Assembly (NCBI GenBank): GCA_964448605.1
Contig: CAYUZV010000002.1
Coordinates: 39,804-103,803, forward strand
Reading direction: 5' to 3'
DNA length: 64,000 nt
Origin: Candidatus Woesearchaeota archaeon
GTDB lineage: Archaea; Nanobdellota; Nanobdellia; Pacearchaeales; GW2011-AR1
Part shown: positions 19,656-28,189 of the stretch, piece by piece
Layout: the number at the start of each line of letters is the position of its first letter
Numbering within the stretch: position 1 is the first letter of the stretch
Notes under the pieces: generated by a model
Databases searched by the model: none
What the model was told of the DNA's origin: nothing
The model's input: only the letters and a program-made list of their open reading frames with translations
Position numbers and translations under genes: made by a program

Positions 19656-19689
19656 TTTAAACTTAGGTATTTATATTATTTAAATGTTT

Positions 19690-20184
19690 TTAATTATAAT
19701 ATTCTTCTTTGAACATTTTTAGTATTAGTATTGAAAATGAGACAAATAGAGGTCCTACGAAAATTCCTATCATTCCGAAAACATATAATCCAATGAACAT
19801 TCCGATTAGAGTTGTGAGTGGATGGATTCTTGATATTTTGTCGCCGAGATAAGGTCTTATTAAATTATCAATGTTGCTTATAATTATTCCTGCAATAAAA
19901 ATGCCTGTTGCTTTCCAATATTCTCCCATTATAATTAAACCAATTGCGAATGGAATCCAGACAAAAGGTGGGCCGATTACAGGCAAGAAAGAGAGTATTG
20001 CAGTGACAAATCCCCATAAGAATGCTCCTTTTATTCCTAATAAGAAAAAAGTTATTGTTAAAAGTCCACCCTGAATTAGTGCAATTATTCCGCTTACAAA
20101 TACAGTGCTATACGAGACATCTTTTAATTTTTTAATGAGAATTTTTGAATTTTTTTTGTTGAAAGAAGGACAACTAGATTGCAC
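19690..20184 (-). CDS. AI-2E/PerM family transporter, C-terminal half only (N-terminally truncated)
   Basis: ILSFLPVIGPPFVWIPFAIGL...NLIRPYLGDKISRIHPLTTLIGMFIGLYVFGMIGIFVGP is the conserved C-terminal half. The family is normally about 340 aa. Confidence 0.6.
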   Translation of the reverse strand: MQSSCPSFNKKNSKILIKKLKDVSYSTVFVSGIIALIQGGLLTITFFLLGIKGAFLWGFVTAILSFLPVIGPPFVWIPFAIGLIIMGEYWKATGIFIAGIIISNIDNLIRPYLGDKISRIHPLTTLIGMFIGLYVFGMIGIFVGPLFVSFSILILKMFKEEYYN

Positions 20185-21121
20185 TCGTAAGTTTTGTAGA
20201 AATTGTTATAATGATAATTTAAAACTAGTTAATTTTAACCATTGCAAAAATATTCAATGTGTAGAATATATTGAAAATGAGAAAGTTGAAGAGATTAGAG
20301 AAGACTTTCTATTAAATGTTATTTCACCAAAAGAAGAAATATTAAATTCTCGTGGAATTTTGTTGAAAATCGAGAGCAATGAGCCGGTAGACTTGAGTTA
20401 TGGGCTTGGGTCTACCGGTAGGTTTAGACGTTTCGCTAGAAATGTTAAAGAGGTAGAAAAAAGAATTAGTTTAAGAGATGGAGAGAATAACTTAATCATA
20501 AAAAGTGTAGACGAAAGAGGAAAAGTTACAACAAAAGAGATGAATCTTTTTGTTGATTCTAAAAAACCTAGAATAAGAAGTTATACACGAGAAAAATTTA
20601 TTAATGAAAAATTTGAAATCAAGGTTAGAGAAGATAATTTAAAAGAAATAAATCTTTTTATTAATAATAAAAAATTTGATGTTTCTTTAGACAACTGTGA
20701 AGAAGATAGAAGTTATTTTATATGTTCTTTTGATATAGACTTAAAAGAATTTGATGGCGAAGAAATAGAATATTATTTTGAAGTAATTGATATTGCTGGA
20801 AATAAAGACGAGAGTAGAGAACTTAAAGCAAAAGTTGATTTAACTCCTCCACAAATTGAGAATATTAATATTTCTTATGAAGAAAGACGAAGCAGGTATA
20901 ATGTAAAACTTAAAATTGATGAAACCAATTTTGATGAAGTAAATTATATTTATAATTATAGAGATAGAGAACGAGAGAGAAGATTTTGTTCTAGGTTAAG
21001 AGATGGAATTTGTGAACGAACTATTTATGAAAAGTATGAAAATATTAAATTAGAAATCAAAGACGAAGCAGGTAATATTTTAATTAAAGAAATAAACTTG
21101 AAAGGGGGTAGCTCAGAATGA
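20105..21121 (+). CDS. repeat-domain protein, paralogue of 59198..60862 but without a signal peptide (start uncertain)
   Basis: RISLRDGENNLIIKSVDERGKVTTKEMNLFVDSKKPRI resembles RLSFRDGEHNLTIFVKDESGNKVSETINFFVDSKEPRI in the 554-aa protein. Confidence 0.5.
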   Translation: MLYETSFNFLMRIFEFFLLKEGQLDCTRKFCRNCYNDNLKLVNFNHCKNIQCVEYIENEKVEEIREDFLLNVISPKEEILNSRGILLKIESNEPVDLSYGLGSTGRFRRFARNVKEVEKRISLRDGENNLIIKSVDERGKVTTKEMNLFVDSKKPRIRSYTREKFINEKFEIKVREDNLKEINLFINNKKFDVSLDNCEEDRSYFICSFDIDLKEFDGEEIEYYFEVIDIAGNKDESRELKAKVDLTPPQIENINISYEERRSRYNVKLKIDETNFDEVNYIYNYRDRERERRFCSRLRDGICERTIYEKYENIKLEIKDEAGNILIKEINLKGGSSE

Positions 21122-21414
21122 AAAAAATCTTTAGAATATTATTAATAATTTTAGCGATTTTAGTATTGCTCTTTGCTCTATATGGATTTTTCAATTTGAC
21201 GGGAAAAGTTATTCTTGAAGACGAAGAAGGTAATAAAGACGTTAATAGCTTGAATAATGAAGAAGTAGACAGAGATATTAATAATTATGAAATTGTTAAC
21301 AAAACTAATCCGAGTAATTTAGATGAAGGTGAATGTCTTGTCTTAGAAAACGGGCGTAAGTTTTGTATGGTAAAGAAACAAGCTAAAGTAGAAGCAGGGA
21401 AGGTGACCGGGTAA
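21118..21414 (+). CDS. small N-terminally anchored protein
   Basis: One TM helix (IFRILLIILAILVLLFALYGFF). Overlaps the upstream stop by 4 nt. Confidence 0.4.
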   Translation: MKKIFRILLIILAILVLLFALYGFFNLTGKVILEDEEGNKDVNSLNNEEVDRDINNYEIVNKTNPSNLDEGECLVLENGRKFCMVKKQAKVEAGKVTG

Positions 21415-21478
21415 GATATTAATTATTTAGTAGTAACATAACCGAAAGGTTTAAAAAGGCGCAATTACTAAAAATCAC

Positions 21479-22444
21479 ATGGAAAATATACAATTAGAAG
21501 GAAGAACATTAGAACCTCATTATGGTAGAAATGTAGACAAAGCTCCGGCTCTTTTAGAAAGATGGGAAAAAGGCGAAGGCTATATTCCTTCTGAAGCAGA
21601 TATAAGACTTTTAGAAGTTAGAAATTTTAAGAATGCTCCGCAGATAGCTAATAATTATTGGGATAGTTCTACATTATCAGCAACAAAAGGTGAAGCTGTA
21701 AAAGTTATTCTGCCTTATGTAACAACTCAAACAGGAGTTCCACAATTAACAGAAGCAGCTAGATTTGGTTTAGCTTTAATTAATCCAAATGAAACTTTAG
21801 TTCACAATGGAGTAAATTTAGATGTTGATGGTAGATGGGAAAAATTAGATGGGGGGGGTGTTTATACTTTACAAAGAGAAGGATTAGTGCTTAATCAAGA
21901 TTTAACAGAAGAACAAGCAATGCAACATCCTTTACTTTTAACAAAACTAGGACACCCAGATTATGTTGATGGAAAATTCGCTCGTTCTAAAGACGAAGTT
22001 GCGGAAATTATAGGAAAAACTTTTGAATTAGGAAAAAGTGAACATGGTTATGGTACTATGATGGGCCAGTATTTGCCTAACGTTAGCGATAAAGCTATTT
22101 TAAATGCGTGGTTTGCCGACTGGCTTGACTGCGGGTCTCGGTCTTACGCTTGGACTGATCTTGACTATGACGTTGGTCGTTTCGCCTTTTATAGCGTCGG
22201 AGACGCTGAGAAAGGTAACGCCGAAGGCGTTGACGCCGATAAAGCAAGAGTTCAGTTAAGAACATTAGAAGGAATGTTAAAGCCAGAACAAGTTGACCAA
22301 ATTGGAGTTGCTTTAGACGAAAGAGATGAGTTAAGACAAAGACTTTTAACAACAGACCAAATCTATGAAGCAGTTCAATCTTATGTTGGTTCAGCTAATG
22401 AATCAGATGTAAGAAAAATTCTTGATGGTCTTACAAAGAGATAA
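21479..22444 (+). CDS. DGR variable (target) protein
   Basis: Contains the VR at codons 210-239 (AWFADWLDCGSRSYAWTDLDYDVGRFAFYS). GC is locally higher. TATA ggtttaaaaa about 25 nt upstream. Confidence 0.75.
   Translation: MENIQLEGRTLEPHYGRNVDKAPALLERWEKGEGYIPSEADIRLLEVRNFKNAPQIANNYWDSSTLSATKGEAVKVILPYVTTQTGVPQLTEAARFGLALINPNETLVHNGVNLDVDGRWEKLDGGGVYTLQREGLVLNQDLTEEQAMQHPLLLTKLGHPDYVDGKFARSKDEVAEIIGKTFELGKSEHGYGTMMGQYLPNVSDKAILNAWFADWLDCGSRSYAWTDLDYDVGRFAFYSVGDAEKGNAEGVDADKARVQLRTLEGMLKPEQVDQIGVALDERDELRQRLLTTDQIYEAVQSYVGSANESDVRKILDGLTKR
22106..22195 (+). repeat. DGR variable repeat (VR)
   Basis: 75 of 90 nt are identical to 22614-22703. All 15 mismatches lie opposite an A in the other copy. 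Confidence 0.85.
22193..22231 (+). promoter_or_regulatory. two short GC hairpins immediately 3' of VR
   Basis: agcgtc-gga-gacgct (22193-22207) and aacgcc-gaa-ggcgtt (22217-22231). Confidence 0.45.
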
Positions 22445-22613
22445 GTTTTTATAATATTCTCATTTAATTTAATTGTCCTAGCTAACCGTTGTTACGATGT
22501 GAGCTAGGTTATACGCTTATTTACTATGGGAGCCTCGCTCTTATAAAATACAGCCGTGACACCTAGCGTGTGAAATGGCAGTGCCAAAATAAGTAAATAA
22601 GCTAACTTAGTCG

Positions 22614-22703
22614 GCGTGGTTAGCCAACAGGCTTGACAACAGGTCTAGGTCTAACGCTAGGACTAATCTTGACAATGACAATGGTCGTTTCGCCTTTAAT
22701 AAC
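22614..22703 (+). repeat. DGR template repeat (TR)
   Basis: 25 adenines, 15 of them substituted in VR. Reads AAC/AAT/AGG-rich in the VR frame. Ends 5 nt before the RT stop codon. Confidence 0.85.
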
Positions 22704-22708
22704 TGGGC

Positions 22709-24142
22709 TCACAAACTAGGACGTTTTTTATTTTTCTTAAATTTTCTTTTAGACTTGATACTTGCCATAACACAATCAATATCATCATAAGAAATAGTGT
22801 CATCTTTTAATTTCTTTTTAATATCTCTTAATCTTTCTTTGTGGCTGTAAATTTTATTTAAGATTTTGTAAATTTTTTCTCTCGGCAAGACTTCCCATAC
22901 TGATAATTGTTTATGCTCTATTAGATTGATTAAATGACTCCAAACAGTTGATTCTTTAATCCCATATTTTGTGGCAATGTCTTTTACGCTGAGACCTTTT
23001 CTGTAATGAAACAAAGTCTTTTGAACGGAATATTGTAATTCGCTTTCATTAACTTTTTTGATGTAATTGATATACTTTCTTTTGTTGTGAATAAATAATT
23101 TATTGCCGTGAGCAAAGAACCTGTTAAAATTTTTAAGCAAATATCTTCGATATTTGTAAGTGTTTGCATGAGAGCAATAAGCCAACCAACCTTCCAAAGC
23201 TTCTAATGATTTTTGTCTTCCAATAATGCCTTCATCAAATAGGATTCTTAAATGATTAAATTTTCTTCCAAAATTTTTGAGATTGCTTTTTCTAATAAGT
23301 TTATGATAATAAAAAACTCTAAAACCTAAAAAGTTTATTCCACTATCTAATCTTAAAACATTTGATTTGCTAGGGTGCAACTCTATTTTTAATTTTTCTT
23401 TTAGGAAATTGTCTATTTTTATTTTCCATTCATCGAGTTGAGCCTTAGACTCATGCAGAATCACAAAATCATCAACATAACGAATATAATATTTTGCTTT
23501 TAATTTATGCTTTACAAATTGGTCTAATTCATTGAGATATAAATTTGCGAAAAATTGGCTAGTCAAATTTCCTAAGGGCATGGCTTTTGATTTATTGTTG
23601 TAAGAAAGTATTGTTTCTATTAACCAAAGAACTCTTTTGTCGTTGACTTTCTTTTTAATTAGGTTTATAAGAATTTGGTGGTCAACTTCTTCAAAATAAT
23701 GTTTTATATCTGCTTTCAGCACAAAACATTTTCTTGTGTTATTTCGAGAAACTTTTCTTTTGAATTTGTCAAATCGTTCTAATGCTTTTAAAGTTCCTTT
23801 GCCGATTTGGTTTGCATGAGAATCATAAATAAATGTTCTTTCGAACATAGGAGAGATAACATCAATTAGGGCGTGATGAACAACTCTATCCTTAAAGATA
23901 GCTTTGCTTATTTTTCGTGTTTTCGGGTCTCTCAAAGTAAATGTTTTCAAGGAATGAGGTTCATAAGTTTGTTTAATAAGTTCTTCGTGCAATCTTTTGA
24001 GATTCTCTCTAAGATTCTTTTGAAAACGTTTTACATATCTTCTCTTTGACTTGCCTTTCTTGGCGTTTTTGAAAGCAAGGAGTAGATTATCAATACTACA
24101 TATTTTAGTAAAAAGGTCGTCTGATTTTTCTTTTGGTTTCAT
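22709..24142 (-). CDS. DGR-type reverse transcriptase with C-terminal HTH extension
   Basis: PLGNLTSQFFANLYLN (the LGxxxSQ motif typical of DGR RTs) and YIRYVDDFVIL. The C-terminal about 110 aa contains LSVKDIATKYGIKESTVWSHLINL. Confidence 0.85.
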   Translation of the reverse strand: MKPKEKSDDLFTKICSIDNLLLAFKNAKKGKSKRRYVKRFQKNLRENLKRLHEELIKQTYEPHSLKTFTLRDPKTRKISKAIFKDRVVHHALIDVISPMFERTFIYDSHANQIGKGTLKALERFDKFKRKVSRNNTRKCFVLKADIKHYFEEVDHQILINLIKKKVNDKRVLWLIETILSYNNKSKAMPLGNLTSQFFANLYLNELDQFVKHKLKAKYYIRYVDDFVILHESKAQLDEWKIKIDNFLKEKLKIELHPSKSNVLRLDSGINFLGFRVFYYHKLIRKSNLKNFGRKFNHLRILFDEGIIGRQKSLEALEGWLAYCSHANTYKYRRYLLKNFNRFFAHGNKLFIHNKRKYINYIKKVNESELQYSVQKTLFHYRKGLSVKDIATKYGIKESTVWSHLINLIEHKQLSVWEVLPREKIYKILNKIYSHKERLRDIKKKLKDDTISYDDIDCVMASIKSKRKFKKNKKRPSL

Positions 24143-24222
24143 CTCGTTTTATTTTAAGATTATTATTTAATTATTGCGTATGATATGCTAATCTTACTAT
24201 TTATATAAAATTTGCATAGCAA

Positions 24223-24537
24223 ATGCGTATGTCACCAAAAGAAAATATGATTTTATCACAGATAAAAGTTGGAAGACAAAGGCGATTAGTCTTTTGCAAT
24301 GTTGATAGCAAACCACTTTTAGTTTCAGAAATTTACAGAAAGGTGAATAAAGAAATAAAAGATAACAGAGAAGGAAAAGAAATAAGATTAAGTGATGTTA
24401 GTAGAGCATTGCAGGACTTAGTGAAACTCGGCGTAGTAAAATGTCTTAATCCTCGAAAAAGAGTCGGAGACAAGGGAATTTTATATCACCTTACCCAAAA
24501 AGGGGAGATACTCAAAAGTTGTTATAAAACACAGTAA
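24223..24537 (+). CDS. winged-helix transcriptional regulator
   Basis: LLVSEIYRKV...IRLSDVSRALQDLVKLGVVKCLN...GILYHLTQKG. Confidence 0.5.
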   Translation: MRMSPKENMILSQIKVGRQRRLVFCNVDSKPLLVSEIYRKVNKEIKDNREGKEIRLSDVSRALQDLVKLGVVKCLNPRKRVGDKGILYHLTQKGEILKSCYKTQ

Positions 24538-24721
24538 ATTAAGTCATATAAGAGCCGCTAATAAAGAATTTTTATCAAAGTTAAGGTTTTATATAGGTTA
24601 CTTTTTAATGACGTTTTTTGGCTTTTATTCTGAAGAAAATAATCATCAAAATTGTTTATTTTTAGAATTAAGTTAAGTGGCGTAATCCTACAACTAATAT
24701 ATACACATAAGCCAAAAAACC

Positions 24722-25002
24722 AAAGGGACGAAGCTTATAGTCAAAGGGACGAAATTTTTAAAAAATGACTCAAGAGGACGAAAGGGACGAAAGGGACATA
24801 GAACATTGAAGAGGACGAAAGGGACGAAACGGACGGGACATTTAAAAAAGCAAAATCTAAATTATCAACAAATTGAAGGTATATCTATAAATAGATAAGG
24901 AGTTAGTAAATTCCTTGTTAGTATTTGGTCCTTTAGGTGCATCACAACCTTTTGTTGTTTTTTAGAATGTTATTTGGCATGTCCCGTTCGTCCCCTTCGT
25001 CC
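24722..25002. repeat. iteron-like GGACGAA array with inverted arms
   Basis: Six GGACGAA cores on the + strand (24722-24841) and two on the - strand (24979-25002). They flank a 137-nt AT-rich spacer. Confidence 0.6.
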
Positions 25003-25110
25003 TTTTAGATTTTTACAGATATATCTTATCTAAACAATGAGTAAGCTTTATAAGTTGTCAATCTCTTAATTTTTATAATAAGATATTGATTGATATATCT
25101 TAAATCGCGA

Positions 25111-25181
25111 GGGTGATTAGGCTAGTGGCAAACCATCTCGCTTACATCGAGAATTCACCAGTTCGATTCTGGTATCACCCA
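25111..25181 (+). tRNA. tRNA-Val (UAC), copy 1
   Basis: Acceptor GGGTGAT/ATCACCC, anticodon arm TCTCG-CTTACAT-CGAGA, T arm ACCAG-TTCGATT-CTGGT. 71 nt. Confidence 0.8.
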
Positions 25182-25329
25182 TATAACTAAATAAGACTCA
25201 AAATTGATATAACAAAAGTTATTAATAAAAATAGTAGAACTTTGTTATACTTGTTTACACAAAGTATATCCAAAAGGATATACTCTCTAAATGGGAAGAA
25301 AATGCCATTGGACTTAAGAGGCTAAATAA

Positions 25330-25400
25330 GGGCGATTAGGCTAGTGGCAAACCATCTCGCTTACATCGAGAATTCACCAGTTCGATTCTGGTATCGCCCA
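25330..25400 (+). tRNA. tRNA-Val (UAC), copy 2
   Basis: Identical to copy 1 except for the acceptor pair 4:69 (C-G instead of T-A). Confidence 0.8.
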
Positions 25401-25475
25401 TGTTTTATCATAAATAATATGATAATAAATAAACACTAATTTTCGGATATTTCTTAAAAAGTGCACTATAGAAAT

Positions 25476-25485
25476 CTTTAAAAAG
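25476..25485 (+). promoter_or_regulatory. TATA box candidate for the precursor peptide gene
   Basis: ctttaaaaag lies 21-30 nt upstream of the ATG at 25506. Confidence 0.35.
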
Positions 25486-25505
25486 TTGAATAAACACCAA
25501 ATTTT

Positions 25506-25682
25506 ATGGAAACAAATTGTTTAGAAAAAGAAGTTGCAAAAGTAACTCCTCAAAAAACAGCGAACGAAAGAGCATATCTTTCAAGCATCATGCCAGAAGC
25601 TAGACAAGAAGGCTATACTTGTGTTACAGGTTGTAGCGATTGTGTAAGTTGCGATGGTAATGATTACGCACCACGAAAATAA
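25506..25682 (+). CDS. 58-aa Cys-rich candidate RiPP precursor (below the track cutoff)
   Basis: METNCLEKEVAKVTPQKTANERAYLSSIMPEARQEGYTCVTGCSDCVSCDGNDYAPRK. Sits directly upstream of the rSAM/SPASM gene. Confidence 0.55.
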   Translation: METNCLEKEVAKVTPQKTANERAYLSSIMPEARQEGYTCVTGCSDCVSCDGNDYAPRK

Positions 25683-25718
25683 TTCTTTTGTTAGCATTTA
25701 AAGAGTAGTGATGTCTTA

Positions 25719-26819
25719 GTGGAAAAAATGGCAAAAAAACAACTCTTCATCCAATGGGATTCTACAAATGATTGCAATCTAAGATGTAGACATTGTTATC
25801 ATAATAAAGAAGGAAATCAAAATCATTCTCAAGAAAAAAATAATTTAATGAGTTTACTAGAAGTTAAAGATATGGTTGATGATTTAGTTCAAACTTCTGA
25901 TAGATGGGATATGAATCCTCGTTTGCATATTTCTGGAGGCGAGCCTTTGATGAGAAAGGATTTATTTGATATTTTGGAATATACACAACAAAATGGAGTT
26001 ATAACAAAACTCCTTACAAATGGAACTTTAATTACAAGAGAAAAAGCAAAAGAAATAAAATCAAGAGGAGTAAATAGGGTTCAAATATCAATAGATGGGG
26101 ATAAAGAAAGACATAATTTTGTTAGGCAAAGAGAATACGCTTTCGATAAAGCAATGGAAGGCATTTCTAATTGTAGAGATACAAATATTGGGGTTACAAT
26201 TTCTTTTACTGCGATGCAATCAAATAAAGATTATATAGAACAAGCAATAAAAGACTCAATAAATGCAGGTGCAGAAATGTTTGGGATTCAATCTTATGTT
26301 CCAGATTCAAAATTAGGAATAAAAGACCCCGAATTTATTGATTCAAAAGAATTATATGAAATTTATCAGTTTCAAAGAGAATTAGACAAGAGATATGGAG
26401 ATAAAATTAATTTATTGGAAACAGAAGTTTTGTGGAATCTGATGCATTGCGACGATCCCTTGATGCAAGCATCAAGAAAAGAAGGAAAATATTTGGGCGG
26501 TTGTGGTGCAGGATTCTCAGGGGTTTCAGTTCTTTCTAATGGAAGGGTTTATCCCTGTAGAAGGCTTCCAATAGATATAGGGCATATTGGAGAGGGGTTA
26601 GTAAATTTAATAACTGAAAAAGAAATAATGCAAGATTTAAGGGATTTTCAAAAAATTACTAAAAATACTGGTTGTGAATATGTTACACATTGTAAAGGTT
26701 GTAGGGCAATTGCTTATGCAACAACAGGAGATTATATGGCAAAAGACCCAATGTGTTTTAGAAACTTAGTTAAACCAACAGATCTAAAAGATATGTATAT
26801 TGAAAATGCAAAGAGCTAA
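25719..26819 (+). CDS. radical SAM enzyme with SPASM domain (peptide maturase type)
   Basis: CNLRCRHCYH (CxxxCxxC) and a C-terminal Cys cluster GGCGAGFSGVSVLSNGRVYPCRR...CKGCRAIAY...DPMCF. An alternative ATG is at 25728. Confidence 0.85.
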   Translation: MEKMAKKQLFIQWDSTNDCNLRCRHCYHNKEGNQNHSQEKNNLMSLLEVKDMVDDLVQTSDRWDMNPRLHISGGEPLMRKDLFDILEYTQQNGVITKLLTNGTLITREKAKEIKSRGVNRVQISIDGDKERHNFVRQREYAFDKAMEGISNCRDTNIGVTISFTAMQSNKDYIEQAIKDSINAGAEMFGIQSYVPDSKLGIKDPEFIDSKELYEIYQFQRELDKRYGDKINLLETEVLWNLMHCDDPLMQASRKEGKYLGGCGAGFSGVSVLSNGRVYPCRRLPIDIGHIGEGLVNLITEKEIMQDLRDFQKITKNTGCEYVTHCKGCRAIAYATTGDYMAKDPMCFRNLVKPTDLKDMYIENAKS

Positions 26820-27309
26820 ACCTATAATTGTAGAATGTATGAAAAGATTAAATCCTAACTCTGTTTTAGATTTAGGTTGTGGTAAATGTAAATTTTCTAA
26901 GTTGTTTATTGACAGAGGGATAAATGTTACGGCAGTAGATAAAGAAAATACGATTGAATCAAAAGACAATTTAATTTTTGTTCAAAAAGACATTAGAGAT
27001 TTTGAATTTAAAAAAGACTTTGATTTAGTTGTTGGAACTGGAATTTTACACTTTCTTAAAAGAGGTGAGGCTCATCAAATGATAAAAAAGATAAAAGAGA
27101 ATACTATTTCGAATGGGTTTAACTTTTTTATTTGCATGTCAAACGAAGAAAGGTATAATGATGATATTCATTTCTATCCAAATAAAGAGGAGTTAAATAA
27201 ACTATACTCTGACTGGGAGATAATTCAAAATGAGCTTTGCCTTTCGAAGAAACATGGAGAAGGAATGCACCAACACAAAATGATTATCTTTTTAGCAAAA
27301 AAAATCTAA
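26800..27309 (+). CDS. class I SAM-dependent methyltransferase
   Basis: VLDLGCGKCKFS (motif I) and DLVVGTGILHFL. Confidence 0.7.
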   Translation: MKMQRAKPIIVECMKRLNPNSVLDLGCGKCKFSKLFIDRGINVTAVDKENTIESKDNLIFVQKDIRDFEFKKDFDLVVGTGILHFLKRGEAHQMIKKIKENTISNGFNFFICMSNEERYNDDIHFYPNKEELNKLYSDWEIIQNELCLSKKHGEGMHQHKMIIFLAKKI

Positions 27310-27310
27310 G

Positions 27311-28189
27311 ATGCCAACTTTTAGTGAGAGGTCAAAAGTATATCCATTTACAACGGAAAATTTGGCAGGATATATGAAACACCTAAATTTAGAAGATAAA
27401 AAGGTTTTATCTATTACTGGTTCAGGAGATCATATTTTAAATTCTTTTTATTATGGTGCAAATAGTGTGGTTGGATTTGACATTAATTTTCTTGCCTCAT
27501 TATTTGCAGAATTGAAATTTAATGCTATTAGGAAACTAGACTTTGAAGATTTCAAAAAATATTTTTTTGTCGAAAGTAATAAGTCAATGAGTTTTGAAAC
27601 TTACAAAAGAATAAGGGAAGATTTATCTGAATCTTGTTTAAGTTTTTTTGATAATCTCTATGAAGATTATGATTTTAGGGGAGCAGATTTAAGGAAAGGA
27701 AAATTGTTTAATAAAAGATTTGATTATGATAATTTAAGAATTAGAAGCAATCCTTATTTATTATCGGGGCAGAATTTTGAAAAAACAAAATTAAACATCC
27801 AAGATAAAAATATTCATTTAATGAATTGTAATATTAGAGATTTGTCATCCCAATTAGAAGATAATTTTGATGCAGTATTGCTTTCAAACTTAGCAGATTA
27901 TTCTCAACAAATCTATCCTAACAATCCAAATCATTTTAGTTTATTTTGTAACGAGATTCTCCCACCAGTTAAAAATCATTTGAATGAAGGAGGAATCATT
28001 TGCTCAGCTTATGTTTATGATGCAAGAGAAAAAGAGAATTACAAAAACCCTGTAGACAACCCAAACTTTAGAAGGGATATTATGGGGAATCTCGGAATGG
28101 ATTATAACGAAATAATATTCAACTCAATTGTTCCTGAAAAAGAAAATGCCTCAGATTTAGTGATCTTACTAACAAAGAAAAATGGATAA
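27311..28189 (+). CDS. DUF3419/BtaA-like SAM-binding protein
   Basis: VLSITGSGDHILN and GFDINFLASLFAELKFNAIRKLDFEDFKKYF resemble the BtaA-family N-terminal pattern. Confidence 0.5.
   Translation: MPTFSERSKVYPFTTENLAGYMKHLNLEDKKVLSITGSGDHILNSFYYGANSVVGFDINFLASLFAELKFNAIRKLDFEDFKKYFFVESNKSMSFETYKRIREDLSESCLSFFDNLYEDYDFRGADLRKGKLFNKRFDYDNLRIRSNPYLLSGQNFEKTKLNIQDKNIHLMNCNIRDLSSQLEDNFDAVLLSNLADYSQQIYPNNPNHFSLFCNEILPPVKNHLNEGGIICSAYVYDAREKENYKNPVDNPNFRRDIMGNLGMDYNEIIFNSIVPEKENASDLVILLTKKNG

Noticed and set aside
22445-24222. The RT gene as part of a group II intron
   Set aside because: Only about 80 nt lie upstream of the ORF on its own strand, far too little for ribozyme domains I-III. The RT has the DGR-type LGxxxSQ motif, and a TR/VR pair with adenine-only mismatches is present.
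24722-25002. The GGGACGAAA repeats as a CRISPR array
   Set aside because: The units are only about 9 nt long, partly contiguous without spacers, and present in inverted orientation. No cas genes are visible.
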